A stretch of DNA of 61,961 bases, filler included, from Stramenopiles sp. TOSAG23-3 (Eukaryota): the NCBI GenBank assembly GCA_900128585.1. It is 6 parts of 6 records of this genome, joined end to end, with 100 filler letters (N's around TTAATTAATTAA, not from the genome) between each part and the next. Parts side by side here need not be neighbours in the genome. Positions count along the whole stretch, not along the records: positions 10,366 to 20,624 come from LT642833.1; positions 20,725 to 30,974 come from LT642834.1; 4 more parts are not named here. One strand, 5' to 3'. The translations under genes and the position numbers were made by a program. Every line of letters starts with the position of its first letter. Positions within the stretch are counted from its first letter, which is position 1. Under the pieces are notes generated by a model. That model did not search any database, was not told where the DNA came from, and worked only from the letters and a program-made list of their open reading frames with translations. Of this stretch, positions 10,807 through 21,091 are shown in pieces.

Positions 10807-13320
10807 ATGGAGCTTGAACGGGACGAGGATGGGCGCCTGCTGCTGAACAAGCGCCCAGGTAGGCATCGTTCAACTGCATTGGTTCGAAGTCTCAGGTTGC
10901 AACGTTTAAAGCAGACCACCATGTCCAGAACAGCAGCGCTTGATGTCAGGAAAGCAGCTGTGTTAGGTGAAACCAAATTGCCGAAAGCGAAGGTGTACGG
11001 GAAAAAGAAAGGGGCGTTCTCCGACCTGTCAAAAATGCTCTCTTCTAGTTCGCAAAGCACCACCACGAAGGCTTCCTCGCCAAAGGCCATGTCCAGCGCT
11101 GGAACCGGGGGGAGAGGCACGACGCAAGGCGGGGAGGACGAAGACGACGAGATGGCCCCGGTGGAGCTGACGGCAGACCAAAAGAGGGCCGCGCTTATCC
11201 TTAGCGTGAAGGACAGGAAGCCACTGAACGCCCGGCATATCGGCAGGAAAGACTTGAGCGAATTTCAGAAAACGTTCGACCACAAGACGTACATGGATTT
11301 TAAAACAAAGATGAACCAGAAAATTGAGGACGTCACTACTAGCATCCGGTCAAAGCACGAAAAGCGCAGGAAAGAGTTGGACGAAGCGGGATTTTTTCAT
11401 CCGGCTGCCAACGCCATGCGGTGCGAATCTGCTTTTCAGAACGAACTGCAAAAGAAACTGTCACTGGACCAGATTGAAACGATAGTTTTGGATGAAATGC
11501 TGCGCGAATCGCGGGGCGAAGTTCTGAATAAGAAAACTTCAAAGTTGGACTCAAAGTTCGACAACATGCTGAAGTTGAACGCTGGGGAAGAGAGCAAAAC
11601 CAAAGCATCGAGCGGCAAAACAAAGAAGACGGAACGGAAAGGGATTTTGAAGAAAAGCTCCACCAAAGCAACTAGTGCTGCAAACGCCACTGGGGCATCT
11701 TCGAAAAATAGCCCGGCGAGCAACAGCAGCGGAATGGGTTCGGGGCAGAAGCAGGGCGAAGGAGGCCGAAAAGAGGGGCAGGTAGAGAGCGCCAAGGGTG
11801 AAGACAAATTAGTGAAAGCAGTGGACCAGGGCCCCGCAGCAAAACTCCAGAAAGATGTGGAGAGCAAGGTATCCGACGCAACGAAAGCAGAGCTGAAAAA
11901 ACGTATCAGTGACCGCCACGTCTTAGACCGAGGCCAGCAAGAATTGGACGAGGAGGAGGACATATGGGATAATTCAGACGACGAGGAGAGCGAGGTCGAT
12001 GAAAAAGCGGGCGAGGCCCACCAAACAGACGGTGAAAACAGGGAGGAAGACGACGACGAGGAGCCCGAGGAGTCCAAATTTGCATCAAACTGGGACAATG
12101 AGATCGCGCTGGACGATGGCGAAGGGAGCGACATTGGCAGTGAGCTGACCGAAGAAATGAATCACGAGGAAGTTGTCGTTGTGAAGAAGAAGAAGAAAGT
12201 CAAGTTGGACTCTTTTGAAAAGTTCCGCATTGAGCGACAAAAGCAGGTGCGAGAGAAAAAGATAAAGCGAAACGTAGCCTTGAGGGAAGGAAAATTAAAC
12301 GAGACGGTCACGGACGAAGATTTCATCGACCTTTCAAAACATCGCAGCTCGACGATCCAGGTTGTCCTTGGGTCGGGCAACCATTCCATCAAGCGCGTGC
12401 GTGCGAGAGAGTTTACCCTGGTCGGGGAGAAGGCCGTGAATGCCCCACTGCCAAAGCACGTGAACAGGCAGATAAAGTCCATGGGTGGGAAACGAAACCA
12501 AAAGAAGCACAAGAGAGCAAAAGAAAAGGCCGCCTTGGAGGCAAAGAGGACAGCAGAAGAAGCGGCAGCAAAGACGAAGAGGGAAGAGGAAGCAGCAGTG
12601 TCGGAGGATGATTCCGATCTAGAATACTCCGAAGAAGAGGAGGACGTTGGTGAGGGCGACGACGGGCTCCAGCTGACGGAAGAGGAAAAGGCAAGCCGGT
12701 TGGAGAATAAAAGGAAGCGTGCTGCGGCACGACGGAAGAAGCGGCGAGAACAGCAGAAAAACAATGAAGCGGATGGAGAGCCACTCATCCGTAGAACCCT
12801 AGAGCAAGTATGGAAAGATTTAGAGATGCCCAATAATTTGAAAGTGGAATTCGCGATTAAGTACTCGGACCCAAGCCGCTCAGAGGAGCTCGCCGATGCT
12901 ATTCCACGATGGCACAAAGCGGCAATGGGAGTTTGCATGAGGGAAATGCTGTTGGAGACAGTACGGTACTTGATTGATATGAAAGAAAAGAACGAGTTTG
13001 TCTCGCTTCGCTTTTTGTTCACGGAAGAACAAGTCGAAAAATTAACGGCGTTGGACGTTTTCATTCCGAAGGAAGACATGTACGATGCGTCCGCGTTAAC
13101 CTGGGTTCAAACGATGGAAGAAAACCTTCGGCCGGTCGTAAAAGAGCTTATCCTAGAGTTGAAGGATTATCACGAGGATACGCTGACATTTCGAGGGCAG
13201 AAATACATTAAAATTTTAAAGGACCAAATGGAAAACCCGTCGCTGCTTCCAGGAGAGCCCGTTCTGTACAGTGGAAACCCGTACTTGCGAAGGACGGGGA
13301 AATTGCTACTGACTCGTTGA
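10807..13320 (+). CDS. Low-complexity protein with CCDC87-like C-terminal domain
   Basis: LEQVWKDLEMP..LKVEFAIKYS...LADAIPRW..A....REMLL and DTLTFRGQKY resemble the conserved C-terminus of CCDC87; long acidic and basic disordered N-terminal part. First ATG at 10807. Confidence 0.65.
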   Translation: MELERDEDGRLLLNKRPGRHRSTALVRSLRLQRLKQTTMSRTAALDVRKAAVLGETKLPKAKVYGKKKGAFSDLSKMLSSSSQSTTTKASSPKAMSSAGTGGRGTTQGGEDEDDEMAPVELTADQKRAALILSVKDRKPLNARHIGRKDLSEFQKTFDHKTYMDFKTKMNQKIEDVTTSIRSKHEKRRKELDEAGFFHPAANAMRCESAFQNELQKKLSLDQIETIVLDEMLRESRGEVLNKKTSKLDSKFDNMLKLNAGEESKTKASSGKTKKTERKGILKKSSTKATSAANATGASSKNSPASNSSGMGSGQKQGEGGRKEGQVESAKGEDKLVKAVDQGPAAKLQKDVESKVSDATKAELKKRISDRHVLDRGQQELDEEEDIWDNSDDEESEVDEKAGEAHQTDGENREEDDDEEPEESKFASNWDNEIALDDGEGSDIGSELTEEMNHEEVVVVKKKKKVKLDSFEKFRIERQKQVREKKIKRNVALREGKLNETVTDEDFIDLSKHRSSTIQVVLGSGNHSIKRVRAREFTLVGEKAVNAPLPKHVNRQIKSMGGKRNQKKHKRAKEKAALEAKRTAEEAAAKTKREEEAAVSEDDSDLEYSEEEEDVGEGDDGLQLTEEEKASRLENKRKRAAARRKKRREQQKNNEADGEPLIRRTLEQVWKDLEMPNNLKVEFAIKYSDPSRSEELADAIPRWHKAAMGVCMREMLLETVRYLIDMKEKNEFVSLRFLFTEEQVEKLTALDVFIPKEDMYDASALTWVQTMEENLRPVVKELILELKDYHEDTLTFRGQKYIKILKDQMENPSLLPGEPVLYSGNPYLRRTGKLLLTR

Positions 13321-13347
13321 TCATCATCAATTTCTAGTATAATTTAC

Positions 13348-13436
13348 TAATGGACAAAAGGAGCAGATTCATTTTCGCAGTACATTAATTTTAATTGCTT
13401 AAAGAATAACAGCCAATTTTCTTCTTGTTTAAAAAA
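13348..13436 (+). repeat. Dispersed repeat family, short copy (modules B+A)
   Basis: aatggacaaaaggagcagattcattttcgcagtacat...aataacagccaattttctt matches segments at 19260-19310, 19657-19683 and, as reverse complement, 28680-28772 and 49526-49575. Confidence 0.85.
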
Positions 13437-13878
13437 ATAAATGTTGTATTATATTATACTCGATCGATTTAAACTAAATACGAAGTGCTATATATTGTAC
13501 TTTGCACCTCTTCTATCATAAGTTTTATTTTGTAGTGTAAATACTATACAAGTACACTATAATATGAGGGTGGCGCGTTTCTTTTTTTATTCGTTGCAGT
13601 GCGCGAAGTGAATGAAAGCAATTTAATTATAATACATTGTCTTCTTGGCTGCTATTTATTAATGTACATTATACTGGTTAATAATAATTGTCGTCTTTAT
13701 TAGATCATCATTATATCAATTGAATGAAAACATTGGTGGAGCAAGGGTATTATAGCAAGTATGTCATAGCGAATGAATGCGAAGCTGTAAACTTCGGGAA
13801 GTTTTTCTTGACTTTCAAAAGCAACAGAAGGGCAACCCAATAGACGTTTGACAAATTCAAGCAGTTGGCGGAGCGACT

Positions 13879-14289
13879 ATGTTTAAAGAAGAAGGGGAGG
13901 CTGTGGCCGGCGGTGGATCGACTCTTCTTGAGGAAGAGGGGGCATCCGGGCAGTATGCTAAAGTCCAGGTCAAGTTGCCGACACATACGCTAAATTCGGT
14001 CTTTAATGAAGAGTACAACCCCGAGTTTTCGTGGCCACCAGCTCCACTTACTACGGATGAGCACGACAGACCAGTGAGCAGAGGAACAAACGCCCAACTA
14101 AAGCTAGGAAAGACCCAAAAGTACAAGCCAAAGCTTGGGCTCAACGGGGGCCCTAGCACCGGTAGTCAGCCAGGTCGCGAACCGATGCCCGTAGCGGTCC
14201 AGGAGTTTGGGTTTGTCACTAAAAGCAACGCTTTGAACATGGTTGAAAAATACAAGGAAAAAGTTTTGTACGGAACTGTATTTTTTTGA
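13879..14289 (+). CDS. Probable N-terminal segment of the WW-domain gene (frameshift at T7 run 14281-14287)
   Basis: 136-aa coding-like ORF ending ttt-ttt-tga, where the +1 frame continues for about 1.7 kb. Confidence 0.55.
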   Translation: MFKEEGEAVAGGGSTLLEEEGASGQYAKVQVKLPTHTLNSVFNEEYNPEFSWPPAPLTTDEHDRPVSRGTNAQLKLGKTQKYKPKLGLNGGPSTGSQPGREPMPVAVQEFGFVTKSNALNMVEKYKEKVLYGTVFF

Positions 14290-15988
14290 AAAGAAGAACA
14301 AATCGTTAGAAAACAAATTAAAAATGCGCCCCCAGCGCCACGGCGAACCACTTGAAAAGTTGGATCTCTTAAACGGCTATGCGTCTCCGCTGAGAGTTAA
14401 ACCGATAGACACAACAGTCCTAAACAAGGTCCAGAGTATTTCGAGGCTTTCCCTGGTCAACAAAGCGCAGACGCCAAAACTTAAAAAGAAGAAAACAACC
14501 AAGTCACTGCCAGCATTGAAGACTATAGCGTCAAAGACGACAACAAAGCAATACTCTCTGAACTTTAATTTCACCATTGGAGAAACCGAAGGCGAAAGAA
14601 TGGAAAAGCAGCTGCAAGTCGATAAAGAGAAACTGCAGAACATGTCATCCAGCCTTGTTTTGAAAGAGTTCAGCGACCTTGAATCAGCAGACATTAGGGA
14701 CTGGAATTACCCGCAGAAGATTTTGCGGCCAACATCGGCCCCAACGACACGCCCAAACACGACCCCCACCATTGTAAACGGGATGTACCAAGGCAGTCGG
14801 ACGCTCGCAGAAGACTCGGCCGTGGAGGACACGATAGTGAAACGTCCTGTTTCTGCCGACACATTTCTAAGAAGCAGCAGCTCATCGATAGTCGAAGAAC
14901 CGAAGATGCCTCTTGAGATGCCACAGGAAACGCTGCCAAAGAAGCCTAAGATAACGAAGAAAGCGGCAACGCTACCACCCAAGCTTTCTGTTCCCAGTAG
15001 CCCAAATTCTAGTCAATCGGGACTTCTTTATTCTAACCCAAGTGAAATGAGGGTAAGCAGTCCGTCGAAAGACAAGAAACGGAACAGACGATCCAGAAAG
15101 CGCAAGGGTGCAGGCACAGCCGGGTCGAAAACGGCGAACGCCTCCGTCATTATAAGTGTCGAGGCGAACGCACGTGGATTTACGCCGGAAAGCTCGATGA
15201 CCGAGCTTGTCCCGTGGGAGACATCTGACATCAACTTGTTAAACAGAGCTGTAGCAATATCCCGTGAACGGTCTAGCGAGCCAGAAAAAGGAAAGGTGGA
15301 CGATATCCCGAGACTTAACCCAGCATACAAATTAGCAGAAGATAGACTCTCGCTCCCTTCGCTGCGTACTGAATCCAACCTTGCTCTCACTGTGACACAT
15401 GCAGTGCCGCAGCATTCGCCGTCACAAAGTTCCGCCCACGGAACAACCTTTCCTCCCCGAAAACGACCAGGGAAGATATGTTCTGGGGTGGTCAAGCATA
15501 ACCCTGTTGTTCACATGGAGTTAGCCTCCGCCGATGATCAAAACAATGATGCAGAGGGTGCGCCTTCGACGCACGGAGGAAGGGAGTTGAACCCCCAGTT
15601 CCGGGTTAATGTCGTCAATAGAAGAAACACCGTTTCCTTGAAAAAGACGGAAGAAGAAAAGGACGAGGAGGAGAGTAAAAAAAAAGAAATAGTGAGAGAA
15701 ATTTTTGTGGAGCCCGACTGCTTTGAGAAGAAGCCTCCGCCCCCTGGGTGGCAACGGCATTACGATTCGAAAGGAAAGCCCTTTTATTTGCACAAAAAAT
15801 CGTCTTCGTCCCAAAGAGTATATCCAACGAAACACGATGTGAAGAAAGCTCTCAAAAAGTCGAAGCTAATGGAACGTGAGGCCAAGGCGAAATTAATAAA
15901 GAAACACAAAAAGGTACAGCGTAGCAAAAAAGGAGAGCGGTTGATTGAGCGCTTGAATGCCACGGTATGGGAGCAGCGGGAGCGATGA
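14243..15988 (+). CDS. WW-domain protein (main segment)
   Basis: PPPPGWQRHYDSKGKPFYLHKKSSSSQRVYP is a WW domain with the second Trp replaced; the rest is Ser/Pro/Lys-rich with RPxSA motifs. Confidence 0.75.
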   Translation: MKNTRKKFCTELYFFEKKNKSLENKLKMRPQRHGEPLEKLDLLNGYASPLRVKPIDTTVLNKVQSISRLSLVNKAQTPKLKKKKTTKSLPALKTIASKTTTKQYSLNFNFTIGETEGERMEKQLQVDKEKLQNMSSSLVLKEFSDLESADIRDWNYPQKILRPTSAPTTRPNTTPTIVNGMYQGSRTLAEDSAVEDTIVKRPVSADTFLRSSSSSIVEEPKMPLEMPQETLPKKPKITKKAATLPPKLSVPSSPNSSQSGLLYSNPSEMRVSSPSKDKKRNRRSRKRKGAGTAGSKTANASVIISVEANARGFTPESSMTELVPWETSDINLLNRAVAISRERSSEPEKGKVDDIPRLNPAYKLAEDRLSLPSLRTESNLALTVTHAVPQHSPSQSSAHGTTFPPRKRPGKICSGVVKHNPVVHMELASADDQNNDAEGAPSTHGGRELNPQFRVNVVNRRNTVSLKKTEEEKDEEESKKKEIVREIFVEPDCFEKKPPPPGWQRHYDSKGKPFYLHKKSSSSQRVYPTKHDVKKALKKSKLMEREAKAKLIKKHKKVQRSKKGERLIERLNATVWEQRER

Positions 15989-16527
15989 CCGAGAACGACA
16001 ATGGCACCAACACACCGACACCCAACAAAAAATAAATAAGTCTAACCCTAAATCTAACAGCACAACAACAAACCCCTCACAAATTTACGTTACCTAATAA
16101 AGTGTTGTCGGCTTTATTATTATATTTTATATTTAACATAGACACTATTCCAATTATGTACAGGTAAAGACAACAGTACGAGGCAGGATGATTGGCACGG
16201 CACGTATGAACCAAATACGAAAGGAAAATTAATGATCAGGGAGGAGGAGGGAGGGGGTTAAAAGAAAAAATATTATTATAGAATAATACAATTAAGGAAC
16301 GAACCTGATGTGATGTGTAGTCTAAATATGTGTTTATCGTTGGGGAGCCCAGAAAAGAAGAAGAGTTGCGCCGCGGCCGCTGAGAGAGCGGGCGGGGCGG
16401 TAAAAACAATTTACACTCTGGGATTTTCCCTACCTGGGGGGAAACGACAGAGCATGTCTTGATTGATTTACGGTTTCTACGCATTAATACGACAATTGCA
16501 GAGAGTGGAGAAAGTTGAGAAGAATAA

Positions 16528-19056
16528 ATGCGTATTGAAAAGCAACTGTCAAAAATGGCAAAGTTCTTCCGACATGGGCTCTTGCTACTGGCTTTCAATA
16601 TCAAGTTCGGCGCGTGTGTTTATACGCCGACGGAAGTATGGATTGGTGGGCTCTTCCCAAGTTATCGTAACAAAGGCTCGTCGACAACCATGGATAGTGG
16701 CGGAGTGATGAGAAAGTCGGCATTTATTTTGGCCATAGATGAAATTAATAACTTGACAACGGTGCTACCAAACACCACTTTAAAGTTCGGCATTGGCGAC
16801 AGCCGTAGAAGTTCCAGTTACGCAATAGAAGAAGCAAGTAGAGTAGTCGAAAAGATCCGCAAGAACAGTGGAAATTTCCCCTCCGCAATAATTGGGCCAG
16901 CGAGCTCTGGCCCTACACAAATGGTTCAGCACATATGCAATGGCTTAGTAATACCAGAAATAGGTTATTCCGCAACGTCACCGTCACTGTCCGACGATAG
17001 CGTGTTTCGGTTTTTTGCCCGCTTGCCGCCAAGCGATGCCTTTCAAGTGGTAGTGATGGCGCACCTACTGAAAAACGTTCTAAACGTCGACTCGTTCGTT
17101 GCAATTTCCGGGCCAGGTTTATACAGTACTTCTGGTATAGACGCTCTTATTGACGTTGCCACTGGTACAGAATACCAGATGTCAGCATTCAAGCGATATT
17201 CTTTAACCGCAAGTACCGATTTGAAGTCAACTTTGCGCCAAGTGAAGGAAGGAAACTGTAACGCTATCGCTGTTTTTGCCCAGTCTGCTGATTATAAATT
17301 AATTTTTGAGGCCGCCGCAGAAGTAGGAATGGACCAGCAAGAGTTTGTGTGGGTGGTCAGTGAGACATTTGCGGCATATGCTTCCCAGTACGACGTATCG
17401 GAGAAGGTAGGAAACATTCTTGATGGGGTTTTTGTTGCAGAAATGGAGAACGGGAAAACGTTGGGCTCTTCGGTATCACGTTACCCCGATTTTGCGCAGT
17501 TGTGGGGGAACGCGCCTGGAACTGGGAACGCGGGGGCCTCCGTGCTTGACTGCAGTATGCGAAAAGATGACATTGGAGAGTACATTTGGCTCCACAACCA
17601 TGATTTAAATGCATCGACGCCCAAAGTGTGCTCGGGGTTTGACGGGAAGGTGACGCCCCCCACAAAGTCAACTTATGCTTCTTTTGCCTATGATGCGGTG
17701 TGGACGGCGGCCCTGGCAATGCACAAACTGATCGAAGTAGACAAGAAGGTGAATGGGACCTCGCTGACGTTTCCAAACGAGATTGACAGAACGAATCTGT
17801 ACAGTGCCATTTTGGGTCTGCAATTTAAAGGCGCAACGGGGGACGTACAATTTTCTTCGACCGGTGACCGCAACACTGCGAGTGTGACCTATAACATACT
17901 ACAGGGAAAATACTCCAACGGAAGTTCCGTTGTGCTGGAGAACGTTGGGACTTTCTACCAGGGAACTTTTACACCGGTGTCAAACGGCATTATTGTCAGT
18001 GATAAATTCAAGTTCGTGTGCAGCGCGAAGGATTCAGAAAGTGCAACGTCCACAGAAGCACAATATGACCCTGGGTTGATTCTTCAATTTATTCTGACCC
18101 TGGCGTTTGTTATGGTGTCTTTTCTTGCGGTGCTGGCATTTGTACACCGCCGTCACAAGCAGCAGCAAGACGAACTGATAAGCCACAGGATGACCAGGGG
18201 CTCGAAAGTTAAAAAAAAGACAATTTCGTTAAAGCAGAGCTTGAAGCGGAACCTCATATGGGAACTATCCATCAACGCCACAGTGCTGCTGATCGAGTTT
18301 GTTGATCTCGGAACAGACTGGTACGCCTTCCAGGAGGATAGTTTTCAAGACAAGCTGGTCCTGAACGGTGTATACTATTTTTTCATGTTGACGGGGTCGG
18401 CGTGCTCCCTCGTGGCGATATTTTTCCGTGTTCGGATGTCCAAGGAAGTTGTTAAACACTACCGCGAGGGGGTTGAAGTCGTTGATCATGGTGTTGAAGC
18501 GGGGGATGGAAAAAACATCATTGACAAGATCGATCCTCCCGAGTACCTTCTTTCCAAGTACAACCGGTTAAAAAGGCAAGCCCTGATCACCACCATGGTG
18601 GGCGTCATTGAAGACATCCCACAATTCATATTCAACACTGCAAAAAGCAATTCAACAACCGCAACGACGCTCGCGATTACGTTTTCGGCAATATCTTTTG
18701 GGTATAAAGTTTCAACACCAATTTTGTGGCAACAGCTCGGAATAATAATGATGAAGCAGGAGAAGCAGATGAAAGTGATCGATGTCGCCCATTCAATGCT
18801 AGCAGAAACGCAGCGCCGAAATTCTGCAACCAGATTGACACCGATTAAGCTAGTGACGATGACCCAGGAAGGGCTGCCGGCAGAGAACGATCAGAAAAGC
18901 AAGTACGTGGTCCAAGCAGGGGAGGAGATGCCAGATGGAGAAGAGCAGACGGGCCCGACGAACGGTACCAAAACAGTGGCGCCAAGTAGCTGGAATCCAG
19001 CTACCAAATTAGAACCACTGCAAAGCACGGTGCCAAAAAGAACGGATATTATATAA
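16528..19056 (+). CDS. Membrane receptor: class C GPCR/ANF-type Venus flytrap domain plus about 5 TM helices
   Basis: Signal peptide (possible start at 16555); IGGLFP, AIDEINN...LPNTTL, IIGPASSG, IGYSATSPSLSD..FRFFARLPPSDAFQ, AYDAVW, FKGATGDVQF..GDR; C-terminal TM region with DLGTD and EDIPQ. Confidence 0.88.
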   Translation: MRIEKQLSKMAKFFRHGLLLLAFNIKFGACVYTPTEVWIGGLFPSYRNKGSSTTMDSGGVMRKSAFILAIDEINNLTTVLPNTTLKFGIGDSRRSSSYAIEEASRVVEKIRKNSGNFPSAIIGPASSGPTQMVQHICNGLVIPEIGYSATSPSLSDDSVFRFFARLPPSDAFQVVVMAHLLKNVLNVDSFVAISGPGLYSTSGIDALIDVATGTEYQMSAFKRYSLTASTDLKSTLRQVKEGNCNAIAVFAQSADYKLIFEAAAEVGMDQQEFVWVVSETFAAYASQYDVSEKVGNILDGVFVAEMENGKTLGSSVSRYPDFAQLWGNAPGTGNAGASVLDCSMRKDDIGEYIWLHNHDLNASTPKVCSGFDGKVTPPTKSTYASFAYDAVWTAALAMHKLIEVDKKVNGTSLTFPNEIDRTNLYSAILGLQFKGATGDVQFSSTGDRNTASVTYNILQGKYSNGSSVVLENVGTFYQGTFTPVSNGIIVSDKFKFVCSAKDSESATSTEAQYDPGLILQFILTLAFVMVSFLAVLAFVHRRHKQQQDELISHRMTRGSKVKKKTISLKQSLKRNLIWELSINATVLLIEFVDLGTDWYAFQEDSFQDKLVLNGVYYFFMLTGSACSLVAIFFRVRMSKEVVKHYREGVEVVDHGVEAGDGKNIIDKIDPPEYLLSKYNRLKRQALITTMVGVIEDIPQFIFNTAKSNSTTATTLAITFSAISFGYKVSTPILWQQLGIIMMKQEKQMKVIDVAHSMLAETQRRNSATRLTPIKLVTMTQEGLPAENDQKSKYVVQAGEEMPDGEEQTGPTNGTKTVAPSSWNPATKLEPLQSTVPKRTDII

Positions 19057-19119
19057 CAATACGTCGCGGTGTTTGAGTGAGATTCCGAACTTCGTAAAGT
19101 TTTGTAAAGCCTATATAAA

Positions 19120-19745
19120 AAGCAAGAAAATAATAAAAGCAAGAAAATAATATGGCTGTTATTTAGATATTAAAACTAAAAACAAGAAAATTGGCTGTTA
19201 TTTAAGTAATTATATCTAAAGCTGAAAGTTAACATCCATATTTGGTGACTACCTTTCCCAATGAACAAAAGGAGCAGATTTCACTTTCGAGGTACATGAA
19301 GAAGATAAATTTTTAATTACAACCTCTTGACTGATTTACAAGGCAGACAACGAGCACCTCTAAAACAATTACGCCGCTGCTTTGAAAATCACACACACGG
19401 AATGAGTCATCTATGAGTGAGACACCGGATGAGGAAGTTGATTATGGGTCATCTGGAAGCATTGCTAATCCACCTACCGATTCAGATCATGCATGGAGTA
19501 CATCTGAGATTGATAGCTAAGACTAAGTGACAAGGGTATGTATATCGATTAGTAAAACCACAAGAGCAAAGATAAGTTCGCAGTACATGAAGGAATGTGT
19601 AAACCTCTGAGAATGTTTAGTAGATTTCAGTTCGCAGTACATTAATTTTAATTATGTTACTTAAATAACAGCCAATTTACTTGATTTAATTACTAACAGC
19701 CAATTTTTGTTTTAAAATAACACAGCCAGTTTTTTGTTTTTAAAT
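19120..19745 (+). mobile_element. Dispersed repeat family, copy bounded by 27-bp inverted repeats (MITE-like)
   Basis: caagaaaattggctgttatttaagtaa (19183-19209) is inverted at 19657-19683 with one mismatch; the interior 19327-19606 aligns by eye with the reverse complement of 28775-29046. Confidence 0.75.
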
Positions 19746-19769
19746 AATATACAGCAGATCCTTTTAGTT

Positions 19770-20345
19770 TTAGTTCGGGTGATCAAAAATACACCTTGTA
19801 AGCCCTTTCCACATTTTATGGCAATTATGTCTTGGGTCTTTCATACCACGAGTACCTGAGCTTGTCAGCACGGACAACCCACCACTGGTTGCCGCTTTTA
19901 TGGTGCACCCTTTGGTTGTCACTTCCGCTTGGTCATCACACGTTCCGCTGCCTACCCCACTTTTAGCAGTCAGAGGGTCAAACAGTGAATTGTAGGTAGG
20001 TTCTTCTCCACCGCCATCCTTTTTATTTGGAAAATCGGCTGTTAAACCGTTGACTTCCTCCTTCTCCTTCTCCGGGCCTTCTCTAAGCTCTATAAAGGCG
20101 TCTGTAAGTGTGCTCAAATAAAGCTCTTCGTCAAAAACTTTAGGTTTTCCCTCCCTAGTCCCAGAGACGGTTAGCTGAAACTTGGCCAAACGGGGCCTGG
20201 GGAACAGTGTACTCACTCTCCGTTGAACAATTCGTTTCATTCGCATGTTCGCGGCAAAGGAAGGGTTCAAAAAGCAAAAGATAACTACAATTGTGCATAC
20301 GGAAGGGAGACAAGTTAATCCCCTCGCTCGGCAAGGCAACTCCAT
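19770..20345 (-). CDS. Hypothetical secreted or membrane-anchored protein
   Basis: 191-aa ORF from ATG 20345 with an N-terminal hydrophobic segment and four C-terminal Cys; no family recognised. Confidence 0.6.
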   Translation of the reverse strand: MELPCRARGLTCLPSVCTIVVIFCFLNPSFAANMRMKRIVQRRVSTLFPRPRLAKFQLTVSGTREGKPKVFDEELYLSTLTDAFIELREGPEKEKEEVNGLTADFPNKKDGGGEEPTYNSLFDPLTAKSGVGSGTCDDQAEVTTKGCTIKAATSGGLSVLTSSGTRGMKDPRHNCHKMWKGLTRCIFDHPN

Positions 20346-20624
20346 AGCCGATCGACAATAAATTGAACAGTATACGATTTTTTGCAATCGAGACGATGAG
20401 GTGTTGCGCCTTCCTTTTTTTCTTCCTGTTCCCGTTTGCAGTGAACACGCGAGCAGTATTTAATCACTTACGAACGTAACAATAAAAGGTTTGTTGTTTT
20501 GTCGTGTCGTGTTTTTTCTTTCTTTCTACTTCTTCTTTTTTCTTCTTCTTTTTTCTTCTTATTCTTTTTTCTTCTTCTTTTTTTTTCCAGCTTATTTTTT
20601 TAATAAAATATTACTGTATTATTA

Positions 20625-20724
20625 NNNNNNNNNNNNNNNNNNNNNNNNNNNNNNNNNNNNNNNNNNNNTTAATTAATTAANNNNNNNNNNNNNNNNNNNN
20701 NNNNNNNNNNNNNNNNNNNNNNNN
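20625..20724. other. Artificial contig-joining spacer
   Basis: N44-TTAATTAATTAA-N44. Confidence 0.97.
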
Positions 20725-21091
20725 TTATACCGGTACAGGTACCATCCAGGTACAGGTACCTTCTACGGTATAAAAACAAATGACAACCAGAACAAGAAAA
20801 GAGGCATCCAAAATTTCTCAATTAAATAATAATTTACACACACCATCACATCGTCCTGCGGCAGCAGCAGGAGTTCATTCATTGTCTATGAATAATGTTA
20901 TTATGAATTATTTTATGGACGACTGGAAGTAGCGAAAAACTGGCAGCCTTCGGTGTCCCGCTCTTTAGAAATTGTAAAACTTTGAAATCGAAGCACAAAG
21001 TGCGAAACAGACTCATTAATTTCGATGCTAATTCCGTTCTTGTTGTAAAGAAGAGTAGAGCAGCGTGAGTGATCCTCTTAACTTGTCAAGA

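Noticed and set aside
14287-14289. Selenocysteine or stop readthrough at TGA
   Set aside because: The same frame stops again about 22 codons later; only the +1 frame continues.
19120-19745. CRISPR array or hammerhead-ribozyme retrozyme
   Set aside because: Subrepeats are degenerate and irregularly spaced without unique spacers; no cas genes; I found no CTGANGA...GAAA core in a stem context by eye.
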